Below are positions 18,199 to 28,164 of a DNA stretch of 64,000 bases, piece after piece. The notes under the pieces were generated by a model, which did no database searches, was not told the DNA's origin, and was given only the letters and a program-made list of their open reading frames with translations. How positions within the stretch are numbered: position 1 is the first letter of the stretch; every line of letters begins with the position of its first letter. The position numbers and the translations under genes were made by a program. Where the stretch lies: assembly GCA_963786105.1 (NCBI GenBank), contig CAWAXX010000025.1, positions 20,737 through 84,736 on the forward strand, written 5' to 3'. The DNA comes from Vulcanimicrobiota bacterium. GTDB lineage: Bacteria; Vulcanimicrobiota; Vulcanimicrobiia; Vulcanimicrobiales; Vulcanimicrobiaceae.

Positions 18199-19683
18199 AT
18201 GAAACGGCTTGCTTTATTCTTTAGCGTCCTAGCGACATTAGTCGTGACTTTGGCCTCTCGCGTCGCCCGCCGCGCTATCGCCCGAGCCCTACTGTACGTA
18301 TTCTGACGCTCGAAAGTGAGCGCTCCCTTGGAAACGGAGCGTTAGAGCAATTTTTGAAGTCGCCCAGCGAGACGGTTGCGGTCCGGGCCGCGCTGGCAAT
18401 AGGCCGGACGAAGCAAGCCGCAGGCGAGCCGGCGCTGGCCGCGCATCTGCGCGACTCACGCGACGCGGTACGGGCGATGAGCGTGTACGCAATCGGATTG
18501 CTGGCCACCGGAGGGCGAGCGCAGGCGCTCGTTGCGGCGCTGAACGATCGTTCCGATGCGGTCCGCGTCGCCGCACTCGACGCGCTCGCGCGCTATCGAG
18601 CGGCGCATCGCTTGGCGATTGACGGCGAACCGCGCGCGCAGGCAGCGATCGAGACGGCGCTGGCACGCGACCGGTCGCCGATCGTGCGCGCACGCGCGGC
18701 CACGGCGCTCGTCGAGTTCAGGGACGGCGCGAGCGCGACCGAAGCCGCCGATGCGTTGTCGATCGCTTTTACGAGCGACTCCGACGCCGCCGTCCGTTGG
18801 CACGCAATGTGGTCGATCTATCGCGGCTTTGCCGTACGCGTCAGCCGACGCCTGGTGACGTCAGCGTTGAACGACCGCGACGAACTCGTTCGCATCGAGG
18901 CGGTGCGCGCGATAAGCCGCTACAAAGACCGGACGTTGGTTGCGGTGGTGCGCCCGTTACTGAGCGATCCATCGTGGAGAGTGCAGGAACAGGCCGCCGA
19001 AACGATTCGCGTGTTGGACGGGAAACCGCTAACCGACCACTGGACGTCGATCCCGTCGTTCGTGCATCTTCCAAAGACGCAACCCGACCCGTTCGCATCG
19101 TTGCCCGCGTTGCGAAACGACCGCCCCGCGAAAACCTTCGGCGCCGCAGCCCGGCCAAGCCATTTTCAGCCCGCTGCTCGACCCGTCGACCGCGGCCGGC
19201 ATGACGTCTCCGGCTCGCGGCCTCCACCCGCGCGTGCGCATCGTCACGACCAAGGGCAATATCTACGTCGCGCTCTATCCGGAATGGGCGCCGTTGACGG
19301 TCGCCAACTTCTTGAATCTCGCCGCCGGCGGTTACTACAGCAACAATCGCTGGTTTCGCATCGTGCCCGATTTCGTGGTGCAGACCGGCGATCCGCACGA
19401 CAACGGCAACGGCGACGCCGGTTACACGATCGGCGCCGAAGAGAATCCCCTCGAGCAACGCAGCTATGTGATCTCGATGGGGCTGAACTACGACGATAAG
19501 ACGCAAACGCCCATTCGCGATTCGGCTGGAACGCAGTACTACATCACGCTTTCGCCGCAACTGCATCTGGACCGGGATTTCACCGTCTTCGGGGAGACGA
19601 TCTCCGGTTTCGACGTGCTCGCGCGGTTGATCGAAAAGGATCGCGTTCTGCGCGTCGAACGCGTCCCCGACGTGCGGATCTAA
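18199..19683 (+). CDS. Secreted HEAT-repeat + cyclophilin-type peptidylprolyl isomerase (frameshifted)
   Basis: Signal peptide at 18199, D.S..VR HEAT repeats (18354 ORF), TTKGNI...APLTVANF...FRIVPDFVVQTGD...HLDRDFTVFG (19201 ORF). Confidence 0.8.
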
Positions 19684-19692
19684 ACGGCTATC

Positions 19693-20142
19693 TTAGAACG
19701 TGCGTTTGGAGTCGAGCAGCAGCGTTACCGGTCCTTGGTTGATCAGTTCGACGTCCATGTCGGCGCCGAACTCGCCGTACGCGACGGCGATTCCCCGCGC
19801 GGCGACGGCCGCGCCGACGCGCTCGAACAGCGGACGCGCTTGCGGTTCTTTGGCGGCGCGAACGAACGATGGGCGGCGTCCTTTGCGCGTGTCGCCGTGT
19901 AACGTGAACTGCGACACCAGCAGAACGCTGCCGGCGGCTTCCGTGACGGAGCGATTCATCAATCCGGCGTCGTCGCGAAAGATGCGCAAGCCGCAGATCT
20001 TCTCGGCCAGCCAATCGGCATCGGAAGCATCGTCATCGATACCGACGCCGACGAAGACGAGCAGCCCGGTCGCGATCTCTCCCGTCAGACGCCCGGCTAC
20101 GCGTACGCTCGCGCTCGAAACGCGCTGGACGACCGCTCGCAC
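19693..20142 (-). CDS. dtd: D-aminoacyl-tRNA deacylase
   Basis: VRAVVQRV, VSQFTL, FGADMDVELINQGPVT. Confidence 0.95.
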   Translation of the reverse strand: MRAVVQRVSSASVRVAGRLTGEIATGLLVFVGVGIDDDASDADWLAEKICGLRIFRDDAGLMNRSVTEAAGSVLLVSQFTLHGDTRKGRRPSFVRAAKEPQARPLFERVGAAVAARGIAVAYGEFGADMDVELINQGPVTLLLDSKRTF

Positions 20143-20147
20143 TTCCG

Positions 20148-21043
20148 CTATCTCGTGAACATTGAGGAGAGCGCGAACCACGCGTTTTCGCGGCGTTCGA
20201 GGACGCGGCGATAAAAGTAGCCGCCCAGTGCGTTCCGAACGGCACGTAAATTCGCACTCGGTAGCCTTGCTCGACCAGTTCGCGCTGCGTTTGCGGGCGG
20301 CATCCGTACAGCATTTGAAACTCGAACCGATCCGCCGAAATCCCTCGAGCCGCCGCCAGCTCTTTTACGCGGGCGATGAGCCGGCGATCGTGCGTCGCAA
20401 TGCCGGGATATCGTCCCGCGCGCCAACAGTTCGCCGGCGAGCTGCATGAAATGCTCGCGAATCTCCGGCATGCCTTGATAGGCGATCTCCGGCCGGCTCG
20501 CTGTACGCGCCCTTGCATAGCCGGACGCGGGCTCCCAGCGCGATGGCTCGTTCCACGTCGTCGGCCGTTCGCTTAAGATACGCCTGAAGCACGATGCCAA
20601 CGTTCGGTTGCTGCGCGAACGCTCGCTCGAAAACGCGCAGCGTCGGTTGCGTTACGGGCGAACCCTCCATGTCGATGCGAACGAACGGGTCCGGGTTGCG
20701 CTTCGCGCGTTCGACGATGCGAAGGAGGTTTTCGAGGGCGAAGTCTTCGTCGACGAGCAAACCCATCGCGGTCAACTTCACCGACACGTTCGAGTCGACG
20801 GCGCTCTCGGCAAGCGCGTCGAGGATTTGCAGGTACGTGTCGACGGTTTCGGTTGCCGCCCGGCGCTCGAGCACGTCTTCGCCGAGATAGTCCAACGATG
20901 CCGACATACCCGCAGCGTTGAGCTCTCGCACCGTTTCGACCGCCGATTCGATCGTCTCTCCTGGGACGAAGCGCTTTGCGAGAAAGAAGAAGTTTTTCTG
21001 AAAGGCTCGAGTCGGGAGCGAACAGACGATCGAGAATGGCCAT
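20148..21043 (-). CDS. Monofunctional proline dehydrogenase (several frameshifts)
   Basis: RFVPGET, DYLGE, SVKLT, RIDME, VRLCKGAY.E, IATHD, EFQMLYG, YVPFG, YFYRR..ER distributed over frames. Confidence 0.85.
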
Positions 21044-21047
21044 CGCT

Positions 21048-21824
21048 TCAGAGTACGACGCCGCGTCGCAAAATCCAGGCGCCGGCGAGCACGGCGGCCG
21101 CCAGCACGACGAAACCATAGCACAGGGCCAGCGCTTCGCGCACGCCGGACGCCGATAGCGCGACGTACAGGGCAACCGGCAGCGAGGTCGGGTGAAATGC
21201 GACGATGCTGGTCGCTCCGTATTCGCCGATCGCACGCAACCATGCAAACGCGATGCCCGCTCCGACGCTTCCGGCCGCGCCCGGCAACGCGATGCGCGTG
21301 AAGATGCGCCATTCGCTCGCCCCCAGCGTGCGGGCGGCATCTTCGTATACGGGATCGAGCGCGCTAAATGCCGCGGTCGCGGCAATCGCAACGAACGAAC
21401 CCGACACGAAGAACTCGGCTACGCCCACGCCGAGCAGCGTGTCCGGAACGGAGAGTCCGTGCGCCGCGAGCCACCCGCCGGCCGGGGACTGCGTACCGAG
21501 AACGTAGAGCAGCATCAGCCCAGACGCGACCGGCGGGAACGCGAGCGGAAGCGCCAGCAGAAAAATCGCGGCCGCGCGTAGTCTGGGGCGCATGCGCGAG
21601 AAAGCATAGCCGGCAGGAACGCCCAGGAGCGTCGCCGCTAAGGTTGCGCCGAGCGATGCGACGAGCGACACGCGCAACGCGTCGCGGCCGGAGGTGCTGA
21701 AGGCGACCGCCGCGTCGTGCGGCGACATCGATAGCAGCACCGCCACGACCGGTCCGACCGCGGCCGCGAGCAACAGCAGTGCGGCCACCGGAAAAAGGGG
21801 GCTTGGAAGCGGACGCGGCATCAT
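21048..21824 (-). CDS. ModB/CysT-like oxyanion ABC transporter permease
   Basis: LPLAFPPVASG, YEDAARTLGA (EAA motif), RAIGEYGAT. Confidence 0.8.
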   Translation of the reverse strand: MMPRPLPSPLFPVAALLLLAAAVGPVVAVLLSMSPHDAAVAFSTSGRDALRVSLVASLGATLAATLLGVPAGYAFSRMRPRLRAAAIFLLALPLAFPPVASGLMLLYVLGTQSPAGGWLAAHGLSVPDTLLGVGVAEFFVSGSFVAIAATAAFSALDPVYEDAARTLGASEWRIFTRIALPGAAGSVGAGIAFAWLRAIGEYGATSIVAFHPTSLPVALYVALSASGVREALALCYGFVVLAAAVLAGAWILRRGVVL

Positions 21825-21833
21825 TGAGACTTC

Positions 21834-22399
21834 GTGGCTGCCGTTCTAAAAGTCGTCTTCGTCGCGCTGAGTCTGTCGCTCGACGTTTTCGCGGTCAGCA
21901 TCGGCGTCGGCATTCGAGGCGTCCCTCCAGGCGTGAAATGGCGCATCGGCATCGCTTTTGCCTGCGCGGAAGTACTGATGAACCTGATCGGCGCCGGCGT
22001 CGGGTTGGCTGCCGGGAGATTTCTCGGCGACGTCGCCGGCTACATCGGTTTCGTCGCCCTGGTGGCCTTGGGTTTGTATATGATTAAGGAAAGCCGTAGC
22101 GAGTTCTCCGGCGCGTCGAAGCTCGATCTCTCGAAGGGTTGGGGACTGACCGTCGCCTCGTTGTCGATCAGTCTCGATTCGCTGGGCATCGGCTTTTCGA
22201 TTCTGTACATCGGCGTGCCGCTGCCGATTTCACTCGTAATCATTGCGATTAGCTCGGTGCTGCTCGACCGCCCTCGGCCTAGCTCTCGGAGATCGCTCTG
22301 GGAACGTTTGCCGAGCGGTACGCAGCCTTTCTCGGCGGACTGCTGCTCGCGCTCACCGGTTTGGCGTTCATCGGCCTAAAGATCTTCCACCTCGGCTAA
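21834..22399 (+). CDS. mntP: Manganese efflux pump MntP family (3' frameshifts)
   Basis: LSLDVFAVSIG and SISLDSLGIG repeated motifs. Confidence 0.8.
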
Positions 22400-22413
22400 C
22401 GAACAGCGAAAAC

Positions 22414-23307
22414 ATGCACGTCGGGCAAGAGATTTTGGATCTCGCGAGGACCGCCGGCGCGCGAACGACGTTCGTCGTCGGCATCGGCAAGAACGTCGGT
22501 AAGACGGTCACGATGCGCGCGATCTACGAGGCAGCCTGCGACCGCGGCCTGCGCGTGGGCGTCGCCTCGATCGGGCGCGACGGCGAGGCGATCGATGCCG
22601 GCGACGCCGCTCCCAAGCCGCGACTCTTTCTGCGGTCGCGGAACGCTTTTTGCAACCGCGCGCGAAGCGCTGCCGCGATCGCCCGCCGTCGAACTGGTGG
22701 ATCTTTCGTCGCTGCGGACTGCAGCCGGACCGTTGCTGTACGCGCGCGTCGCCCAGGGCGCGTACTACGAGCTGGTCGGACCTCCGACCGCGTCGGGCGT
22801 GCGCGAGGTCGTCGGTGCGCTTGAGCGAGCGGTGCGAAACGATCGTCGTAGACGGGGCGATCGATCGGGTGGCGGCGGTGGCTGGAACGCCGGGTGCAAT
22901 CGTGGTCGCGGCCGGAGCTGCAGCAGCCGGAACGATCGACGAAGCCGCCGACGCCGTTGCCGGGTTGGTGCGGCGTCTGACCGTCGCGGCGTACGACGAT
23001 CGCGAGGCAGTGGTACACGTCGAAGGCGCACTGACGGCGACCCGCGCCGCCCGGCTTTATCGCCTCGCGCGAATCTCGCCAAATCGTGGTTCGCGACCCG
23101 ACCCAGATCGCGCTTTCGGGCAGAGCTGCATCGAACGCGTTCGAGCGGCTGCGAATCCGTTGCCTACGACCGCTGCACGTCGTTGCCGTCACCGTTGCGT
23201 CGATCGGACGCGAGCGAACGTTCGAACCGAGAGCGTTTGCGCGGGCAATCGCCGCCGCGGTCGGCTTGCCGACGTTCGACGTGTACGCGGGAGAACGCGC
23301 CGCGTGA
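22414..23307 (+). CDS. kamB: Lysine 5,6-aminomutase reactivase subunit KamB-like (frameshifted)
   Basis: VGIGKNVGKTVT...SIGRDGE..D...KP, VDGAIDR, EGALT, VRDPT; adjacent to a MutS-like gene and kce. Confidence 0.7.
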
Positions 23308-24939
23308 ACGTGACGACGCTAGCTCGATTCGGCCGGCGCCCGCGCCTTCGAGTCTGAGTGGCTCAGGGACGCGCTGCAGCCGGTGAGCGAGTACGGGTCG
23401 CGCATTTTCGCCGACGTGCGCCCGTTCTCGCCGGGTGACGAGGAGGACGCCCAAGCTCGCGCGCAACGCGTCGCCGATTGCGCCGCCGCGTTCGACATGG
23501 TTCGCTTCGACGCCGTTCGCGATGCGTTGCGCTCGGCACCTGAAGCCATCGGACCGATCGCGCGCGCGTCGATGGGAGACGTCCTCGCCGACGCTAACTT
23601 CTTCGAGTTGCAGCGCTTCTGCGATGCCGTCGACCACGTCGACGGATTGGTGAATGGGTCGGCCGGCATCGAGCCGATTCTCAATTCCGGCGTTCGTGCC
23701 GTGAGGGAGGCGCTGGCCCCGGGACGAACGGGCGCGTACGAGTTTTATTTGGCCGATGCGTTCGACGTCGCGTTGGCGGCGGCGCGTGCGGAGTTGGCGG
23801 ATGCGCAAGCCGATCTCGACGCCGCACGCGGGCGTACGCTCGACGCGGATCGCGGATCGGCTAAAGCGCGACGACGTCTCGAGCGACGAGTTCATCGTTA
23901 TGCGGGCCGATGTCGAAGGAGCGCTTCCGGCGGGAGTGCGCGTGCTTCGCGAAGCGCCGACGTACTATCTGTGCACGGTGGAGCTTGACGAAGCGAGCGC
24001 TGGCGACACTCCGGCGGCGCGACGCCGCTGCCGATGCCGTCGCTGCCGCCGAAGAGCGCGTCCGCACCGCGCTGTCTTCAATCGTCGCCGCCAACGCATC
24101 GCAACTCGACGCGGCTGCCGCCGCGTTCGGCGAACTCGACGTGCTCGTCGCGGCCGCCCGCTTTGCTCTTCATCATCGCTGCAGCGTCGCGCAAGTCGCG
24201 ACCGCGCCGATGCTGGCGTTCGAGGGCGGCCGCTTCCTCCCGCTGGAGGTCGAACTGGCACGCGAAGGGCGGACATTCACCCCGATCGACGTCGACCTGA
24301 GCGGCGTGGCGGTGCTTACCGGCCCGAATATGGGTGGGAAGAGCGTCTGTTTGCGCACGTGTGGATTCATCGCGCTGTGCGCTGCGCTGGGACTGCCGGT
24401 GCCGGCACACCGCGCGACGGCCGGACTGTTCGACGAGATTGCGATGGCTCGGCATCGGCATCCAGGACGAGCCGATGGGCGGCCTGCTTTCAGCCTTCGC
24501 CCAGGAAGTCGTGCGCCTCCGCGACCTCCTCGCCCGCGACGCTCGACGGCTCCTGGTACTCGTCGATGAGTTTGCGCGTACGACGACGCCGCTGGAAGGG
24601 AAGGCACTGCTGGTCGCGCTCCTGCGTCGTCTTCGCGACCGGGCCGCCTGCGGACTGGCGGCCACCCATCTAGCGGGCGTTGCCGTTGAGGCCGGCGCAC
24701 GCCATTTCGCGGTCCGCGGACTGCGAGGAATCCCGCAGCCGCCGCCAACGGGCGATCTGCATCAGGCCCTGGCGGCCTTGGCGGAGTCGATGGACTACAC
24801 GATCGCCGAAGTCGGGGACGATGCCTCGACCGTCGCCGACGCGATCGCGCTGGCATCGTTGCTGGGACTCGACGCCGAGCTCGTCGAGATTGCTCGCCGG
24901 CATCTCGCGTCGCCGGGGAACCCGGGTTTGTCATCCTAA
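23304..24939 (+). CDS. kamC: MutS-domain-V ATPase, KamC-like reactivase (frameshifted)
   Basis: LTGPNMGGKS, GLLSAFAQE, LVDEFARTT.PLEG, ATH, MDYT; lacks the MutS1 mismatch-binding domain. Confidence 0.72.
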
Positions 24940-24965
24940 GCGTCGCGCCTCCGCTCCGGATGACA
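24929..24965. repeat. REP-like palindrome TGTCATCC...GGATGACA
   Basis: Arms TGTCATCC(TA)AGCG / CGCT(CC)GGATGACA; a related copy lies at 43674-43717. Confidence 0.6.
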
Positions 24966-25028
24966 CCGTGTTGCGCGACTCTCGGGATGCGAGAGTAGCG
25001 CGAGTCGGCGTGCTCGAAGAGCGTCGAG

Positions 25029-25872
25029 GTGGAGCCGCTGATCATCACGTGCGCCCCGGTCGGCGCCGAGCTCACTCTCGAGCAGACGCCGTACTTACCG
25101 CATACGCCGGTGCTGCTCGGAGAGACCGCGCGCGCGGTCGAGGAAGCCGGAGGCTCGATCGTGCACGTGCATTGCCGTAACGACGACGGCACGAATACGC
25201 ACGACGTCGAGCGGTTCCGGGAGGCCTACGACTCGATCCGCGCCCAGAGCGATTTGATCGTGCAGTTCTCGACCGGCGGTGCGATCGGCATGACGCCCGA
25301 CGGAGCGCGCCAGCGTGCTCCAGCTGCGACCGGAGATGGCGACGCTGACGTGCGGCAGCGTGAACTTCGGCGACGACATTTTTGAGAACAGCTTTCCGAT
25401 CATGCGCGGGATCCTCGCGAAAATGGACGAGTTCGGCGTGCGGCCCGAGTTGGAAATCTTCGACAAGGGTCATCTCGCCAACGCGCGCCGTCTCGCCAAG
25501 GAGGGCTTGCTCGCCTTTCCTCAGCACGTCGACTTCGTGCTCGGCGTGCCCGGCGGGCTCGAAGCGACCGTACAGAATCTTTGCGAGCTCGTCGACGACC
25601 TGCCGCCCGGGTGCACGTGGTCGGTTGCCGGCATCGGCCGCCAGCAGCTTCCGATGGCCATGGCCGCGATTGCGATGGGCGGTCACGTGCGGGTCGGTCT
25701 CGAGGACAACGTGTACTACAGCAAGGGGCGGCTGGCACGCAATGAAGAGTTGGTCGCTCGCGTCGCACGGATCGCGCGGGAAGCCGGACGTCCGGTCGCT
25801 ACGCCAAGCCAAGCGCGTGAACTGCTCGGTCTTCGCGTGCGGGAAGGCCTTTCGCCCGCGCCTGCTAACTAG
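25029..25872 (+). CDS. kce: 3-keto-5-aminohexanoate cleavage enzyme (BKACE family; frameshift near 25302)
   Basis: LIITCAPVGAE, HVHCR, QFSTGGA, CGSVNFG, PELEIFD, GHVRVGLEDN. Confidence 0.88.
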
Positions 25873-25912
25873 GGAAGCTCATTCGGAGCCGCGGCTGAGG
25901 AGGATGTCCTAG

Positions 25913-26887
25913 CTGTTCACTTACGTCATACGCCGGACGCTGCAGTCGATTCCCTTGCTGCTGCTGATATCGATCATCCTCTACGCCATCCTTTACAACA
26001 TGCCGGGTGGTCCGCTCGCGCCCTATCTCTCCAATCCGCATATCACGCCGGCCGACATCGCGCGGCTGAAACACAATCTCGGAATGGACCAGCCGGTTCC
26101 GATCCAGTACTTGAAATGGCTCGGACATATCCTCACCGGGGATATGGGCTATTCGACCAGCAACTCCGAGCCGGTTTTCCAGGCGATCGTCGAGCGCATC
26201 CCCGCGACCCTCGAGCTGATGCTCACCTCATTCATCTTTTCGGTCGTCATCGGCGTCGCGGCCGGAATCGTGTCGGCAGTCTGGCGTTACTCCGTGGTGG
26301 ACTACTTCATCACGACGCTGGCATTCTTCGGTCAGTCGATGCCGGTATTCTGGTTCGCCCTCATGATGCAGCTCGCGTTCGCCGTTCACGGCATTCCGCT
26401 GCCGTTCGGGTATCAGATTCAGCTGCCGTCGGCCGGAATCTCGAGCAGCGACACGTTCGATCTCAGCGATCGCCTGTCGCATTTGGTGCTTCCGACCATC
26501 GTGCTTTCGCTCTTGTCGCTCGCGCTCTACAGCCGGTTCATGCGCTCGTCGCTCTTGGAAGTTCTCGGCACGGATTACATGCGCACGGCCGCGGCCAAGG
26601 GTTTGAGTTTCCGGACCATTCTCTTCAAGCACGGTCTCAAAAACGCCATGATTCCGGTCGTCACGATTCTCGCGCTTTCGTTGCCAGGAGTCCTCGGCGG
26701 CGCGATCATCACCGAGACGATCTTCGCCTGGCCAGGCACCGGCCGGCTCTTCTACAACGCGTTGACGCAGAGCGACATCGCGCTGCTGATGGGCGTGCTG
26801 ATCATGCTGGCGTTCTTGGTCGTGTTCTCGAATTTGCTCGCCGACGTCGTTTACGCGTGGCTGGATCCGCGCGTGAAGTACGACTGA
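25913..26887 (+). CDS. Peptide/nickel ABC transporter permease (OppB/DppB-like)
   Basis: FTYVIRR..QSIP, G.DQP.P.QY, PATLEL, DYMRTAAAKGL, DPRV. Apparent CTG start 9 nt after GAGGAGG. Confidence 0.9.
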   Translation: MFTYVIRRTLQSIPLLLLISIILYAILYNMPGGPLAPYLSNPHITPADIARLKHNLGMDQPVPIQYLKWLGHILTGDMGYSTSNSEPVFQAIVERIPATLELMLTSFIFSVVIGVAAGIVSAVWRYSVVDYFITTLAFFGQSMPVFWFALMMQLAFAVHGIPLPFGYQIQLPSAGISSSDTFDLSDRLSHLVLPTIVLSLLSLALYSRFMRSSLLEVLGTDYMRTAAAKGLSFRTILFKHGLKNAMIPVVTILALSLPGVLGGAIITETIFAWPGTGRLFYNALTQSDIALLMGVLIMLAFLVVFSNLLADVVYAWLDPRVKYD

Positions 26888-26899
26888 GAAAAACGCTTT

Positions 26900-27835
26900 A
26901 TGGCCGCCACCCTTCCGGTTCCGTCCGCTGCGATCGAAGAAGACCTTCAAACCACCAAGGTCACATTCTGGACGCGCTTGCGCCGCCACAAGCTGGCCAT
27001 CGCCGGACTCATCGTACTCGTTCTGATGGTATCGGGCGCCGTGTTTGCGGGACAGCTCGCGCCGTTCGATCCAAACGCGATCGACAACGTCCACTGGCAG
27101 GGTACGCCGCTGCCGCCGTGCTTCCAGGATGCGTCGCAGTGCGGCGGTCACCCGCTGGGCACCGACGAGGTCGGGCGCGATCTACTGTCGCGGCTGCTCT
27201 TCGGGGCGCGCATTTCGCTCATGGTCGGGCTCTTCGCGGTCCTCATGGAGGTAGTGATCGGCACCACGCTGGGCGCGATCTCCGGCTATTACGGCGGCTG
27301 GATCGACTGGGCGATCATGCGCGTTACCGACGTCTTTTTATCGATCCCACTGCTACCGCTGCTGCTGGTGCTGACGGCAATCGTGGCGGCCAGCTCGTCG
27401 AAGGCGGCGCTGAATTTCGGCGTCATCGTACTCATCATCGGCGCGCTGTCGTGGATGAGCGTCGCTCGACTCGTGCGCGCGTCGTTCTTGAGCCTCCGCG
27501 AGCGTGAATTTGCCGAAGCCGCCCGAGCGGTCGGGAACAACGACGGGCGAATCATCTTTCGCCACCTGTTGCCCAACGCCGTCGCCCCGATCGTGGTGCA
27601 GGCTACCCTCGACGTCGCCGGCGTCATCGTGCTCGAATCGACGCTCTCGTTTCTGGGCTTGGGAATTCAGCCGCCGACCGCCTCGTGGGGCAACATGCTT
27701 TCGAACGCCCAGGCCAACCTTCAGACTGCCTGGTGGGCGGCGGTCTTCCCGGGATTGTGCATCCTGGCGACGGTCTTGTCGATCAACTACATCGGCGACG
27801 GTCTGCGCGATGCGCTTGACCCGAATATGCGGTAG
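26900..27835 (+). CDS. Peptide/nickel ABC transporter permease (OppC/DppC-like)
   Basis: HPLGTDEVGRD, EFAEAARAVG, HLLPN, SWGNML, GDGLRDALDP. Confidence 0.92.
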   Translation: MAATLPVPSAAIEEDLQTTKVTFWTRLRRHKLAIAGLIVLVLMVSGAVFAGQLAPFDPNAIDNVHWQGTPLPPCFQDASQCGGHPLGTDEVGRDLLSRLLFGARISLMVGLFAVLMEVVIGTTLGAISGYYGGWIDWAIMRVTDVFLSIPLLPLLLVLTAIVAASSSKAALNFGVIVLIIGALSWMSVARLVRASFLSLREREFAEAARAVGNNDGRIIFRHLLPNAVAPIVVQATLDVAGVIVLESTLSFLGLGIQPPTASWGNMLSNAQANLQTAWWAAVFPGLCILATVLSINYIGDGLRDALDPNMR

Positions 27836-27876
27836 GGGCTAGACTCTAGTGTCCTCGTGACACGGGCACTCAGCCT

Positions 27877-27960
27877 GCGCAAGTGGCGGAATTGGTAGAC
27901 GCACTAGCTTGAGGGGCTAGCGGGAGCAATCTCGTGCAGGTTCAAGTCCTGTCTTGCGCA
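27877..27960 (+). tRNA. tRNA-Leu(GAG), type II with long variable arm; CCA not encoded
   Basis: Acceptor GCGCAAG/CTTGCGC+A, D-loop GGAATTGGTAGAC, anticodon arm CTAGC-TTGAGGG-GCTAG, T-arm CAGG-TTCAAGT-CCTG. Confidence 0.95.
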
Positions 27961-27965
27961 TGATC

Positions 27966-27991
27966 GCCCCGCGTGGGGGCCACTTTTTGTT
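27966..27991 (+). terminator. Probable intrinsic terminator after the tRNA
   Basis: GCCCC-GCGTG-GGGGC followed by CACTTTTTGTT. Confidence 0.5.
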
Positions 27992-28164
27992 CGATCTTTG
28001 ATTCGCGACCGGCAGCCTTCGTGATACCCTGGCACTGCGGCCTCGCCCCGCGGGTGCCCGTTTCTGGGCACCGACGACACACAGATTATTAAGGCAGTCA
28101 GTTTGAAACAGTGGCCCAGCCCGCCGCGTAAAGCTAGACAAATGGTACCGACGGAGCTTTCGAC

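Noticed and set aside
23304..24939. Mismatch-repair MutS or MutS2
   Set aside because: Only the ATPase domain V is recognisable, with no mismatch-binding or Smr domain; the kamB/kce context favours KamC.
28075..28164. c-di-GMP-I-like words (GGCA..GAAA..CGTAAAGC) and a sigma28-like TAAAG..CCGA upstream of the RND gene
   Set aside because: Stem pairing and spacing do not fit either consensus; an Infernal scan would be needed to claim a riboswitch.
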